A stretch of 64,000 nucleotides of DNA. Origin: Lytechinus pictus. Taxonomy: Eukaryota. Made by a program: the position numbers and the translations under genes. Under the pieces are notes generated by a model. It was not told where the DNA came from. It was given only the letters and a program-made list of their open reading frames with translations, and searched no databases. Positions 63,472 to 64,000 of the stretch are shown piece by piece. Position 1 is the stretch's first letter. Each line of letters opens with the position of its first letter. The stretch is from the NCBI RefSeq assembly GCF_037042905.1, contig NC_087261.1, positions 23,808,001 to 23,872,000 of the forward strand, written 5' to 3'.

Positions 63472-64000
63472 TTAACATTAGAAAGCGTTTAGAGTGTTTT
63501 AAAAAGGATATCAATGAAGGAAACCTCTTGCTTTGTCAGAATGTATGAGAATTAGGACAGAAAATAATACACTACCTGCTAAAGACACAAAAATAAGGTC
63601 AACACATAATTTGCGTTTTCTCGACAATGTGCATTTACTATTCGCGCACGTGCGCGTTAACGGCCTTTCAGCGGCCTTTTCCCACCTCATCTGCTCTTTC
63701 TGGTTCAGCTTGCAGTTCTGCCTCCAGAGACCATCGGACGCTGCTTTCTAGCGGAAGGTCTTTGGCGATCAGAATTGAATTATGTATACCATCTTCATTT
63801 TGTAAAAGTATGTAACAAATTTCTTTACACATTTTGACTTTTTTTGCGATCTTCAAATCAAGGTGCTGAACATCCACCAGGTTAATGAAGTCTTCACTCG
63901 CCTTCCCAGTATATGCCGGACGAAAGTAGGAATGGCTTCCCTCCGATCGGCATATCTACAGATTCCCGAGCCAATGAGACCCAACGAGATGTTTTACCGC

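Overview
AT-rich eukaryotic (metazoan) genomic DNA. The repeat landscape resembles an echinoderm such as a sea urchin, but this is an inference. No prokaryotic operons, CRISPR arrays, rRNA genes or true tRNA genes were seen. The first 15 kb is a nest of transposable elements. It contains the 3' part of a CR1/L2-group LINE (RT ORF, + strand), the right end of a piggyBac-type TTAA element, and a 5'-truncated L1/Tx1 copy fused head-to-tail to an apparently full-length L1/Tx1 element (- strand). The full-length element has an intact ORF1 and an intact 1262-aa APE-RT ORF2, separated by an unusually long ~4.4-kb spacer holding a MITE and two small hydrophobic ORFs. From 15 to 31 kb the sequence is intergenic, with a solo LTR (GGAG TSD) and many MITEs. 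A four-exon host gene was reconstructed by hand (34804-52335, +). It encodes a 363-aa two-transmembrane protein ending in a PDZ-type motif (ESVI), and its 15-kb first intron holds MITEs, a LINE tail and a 1-kb direct duplication carrying a tRNA-derived SINE. The first three coding exons of a second, unidentified gene start at 60271 (+). The best candidates for something new are the long-spacer L1/Tx1 element with possible membrane sORFs, its poly(A)-junction tandem, and a hairpin motif shared by two LINE 3' UTRs. None is proven from sequence alone.
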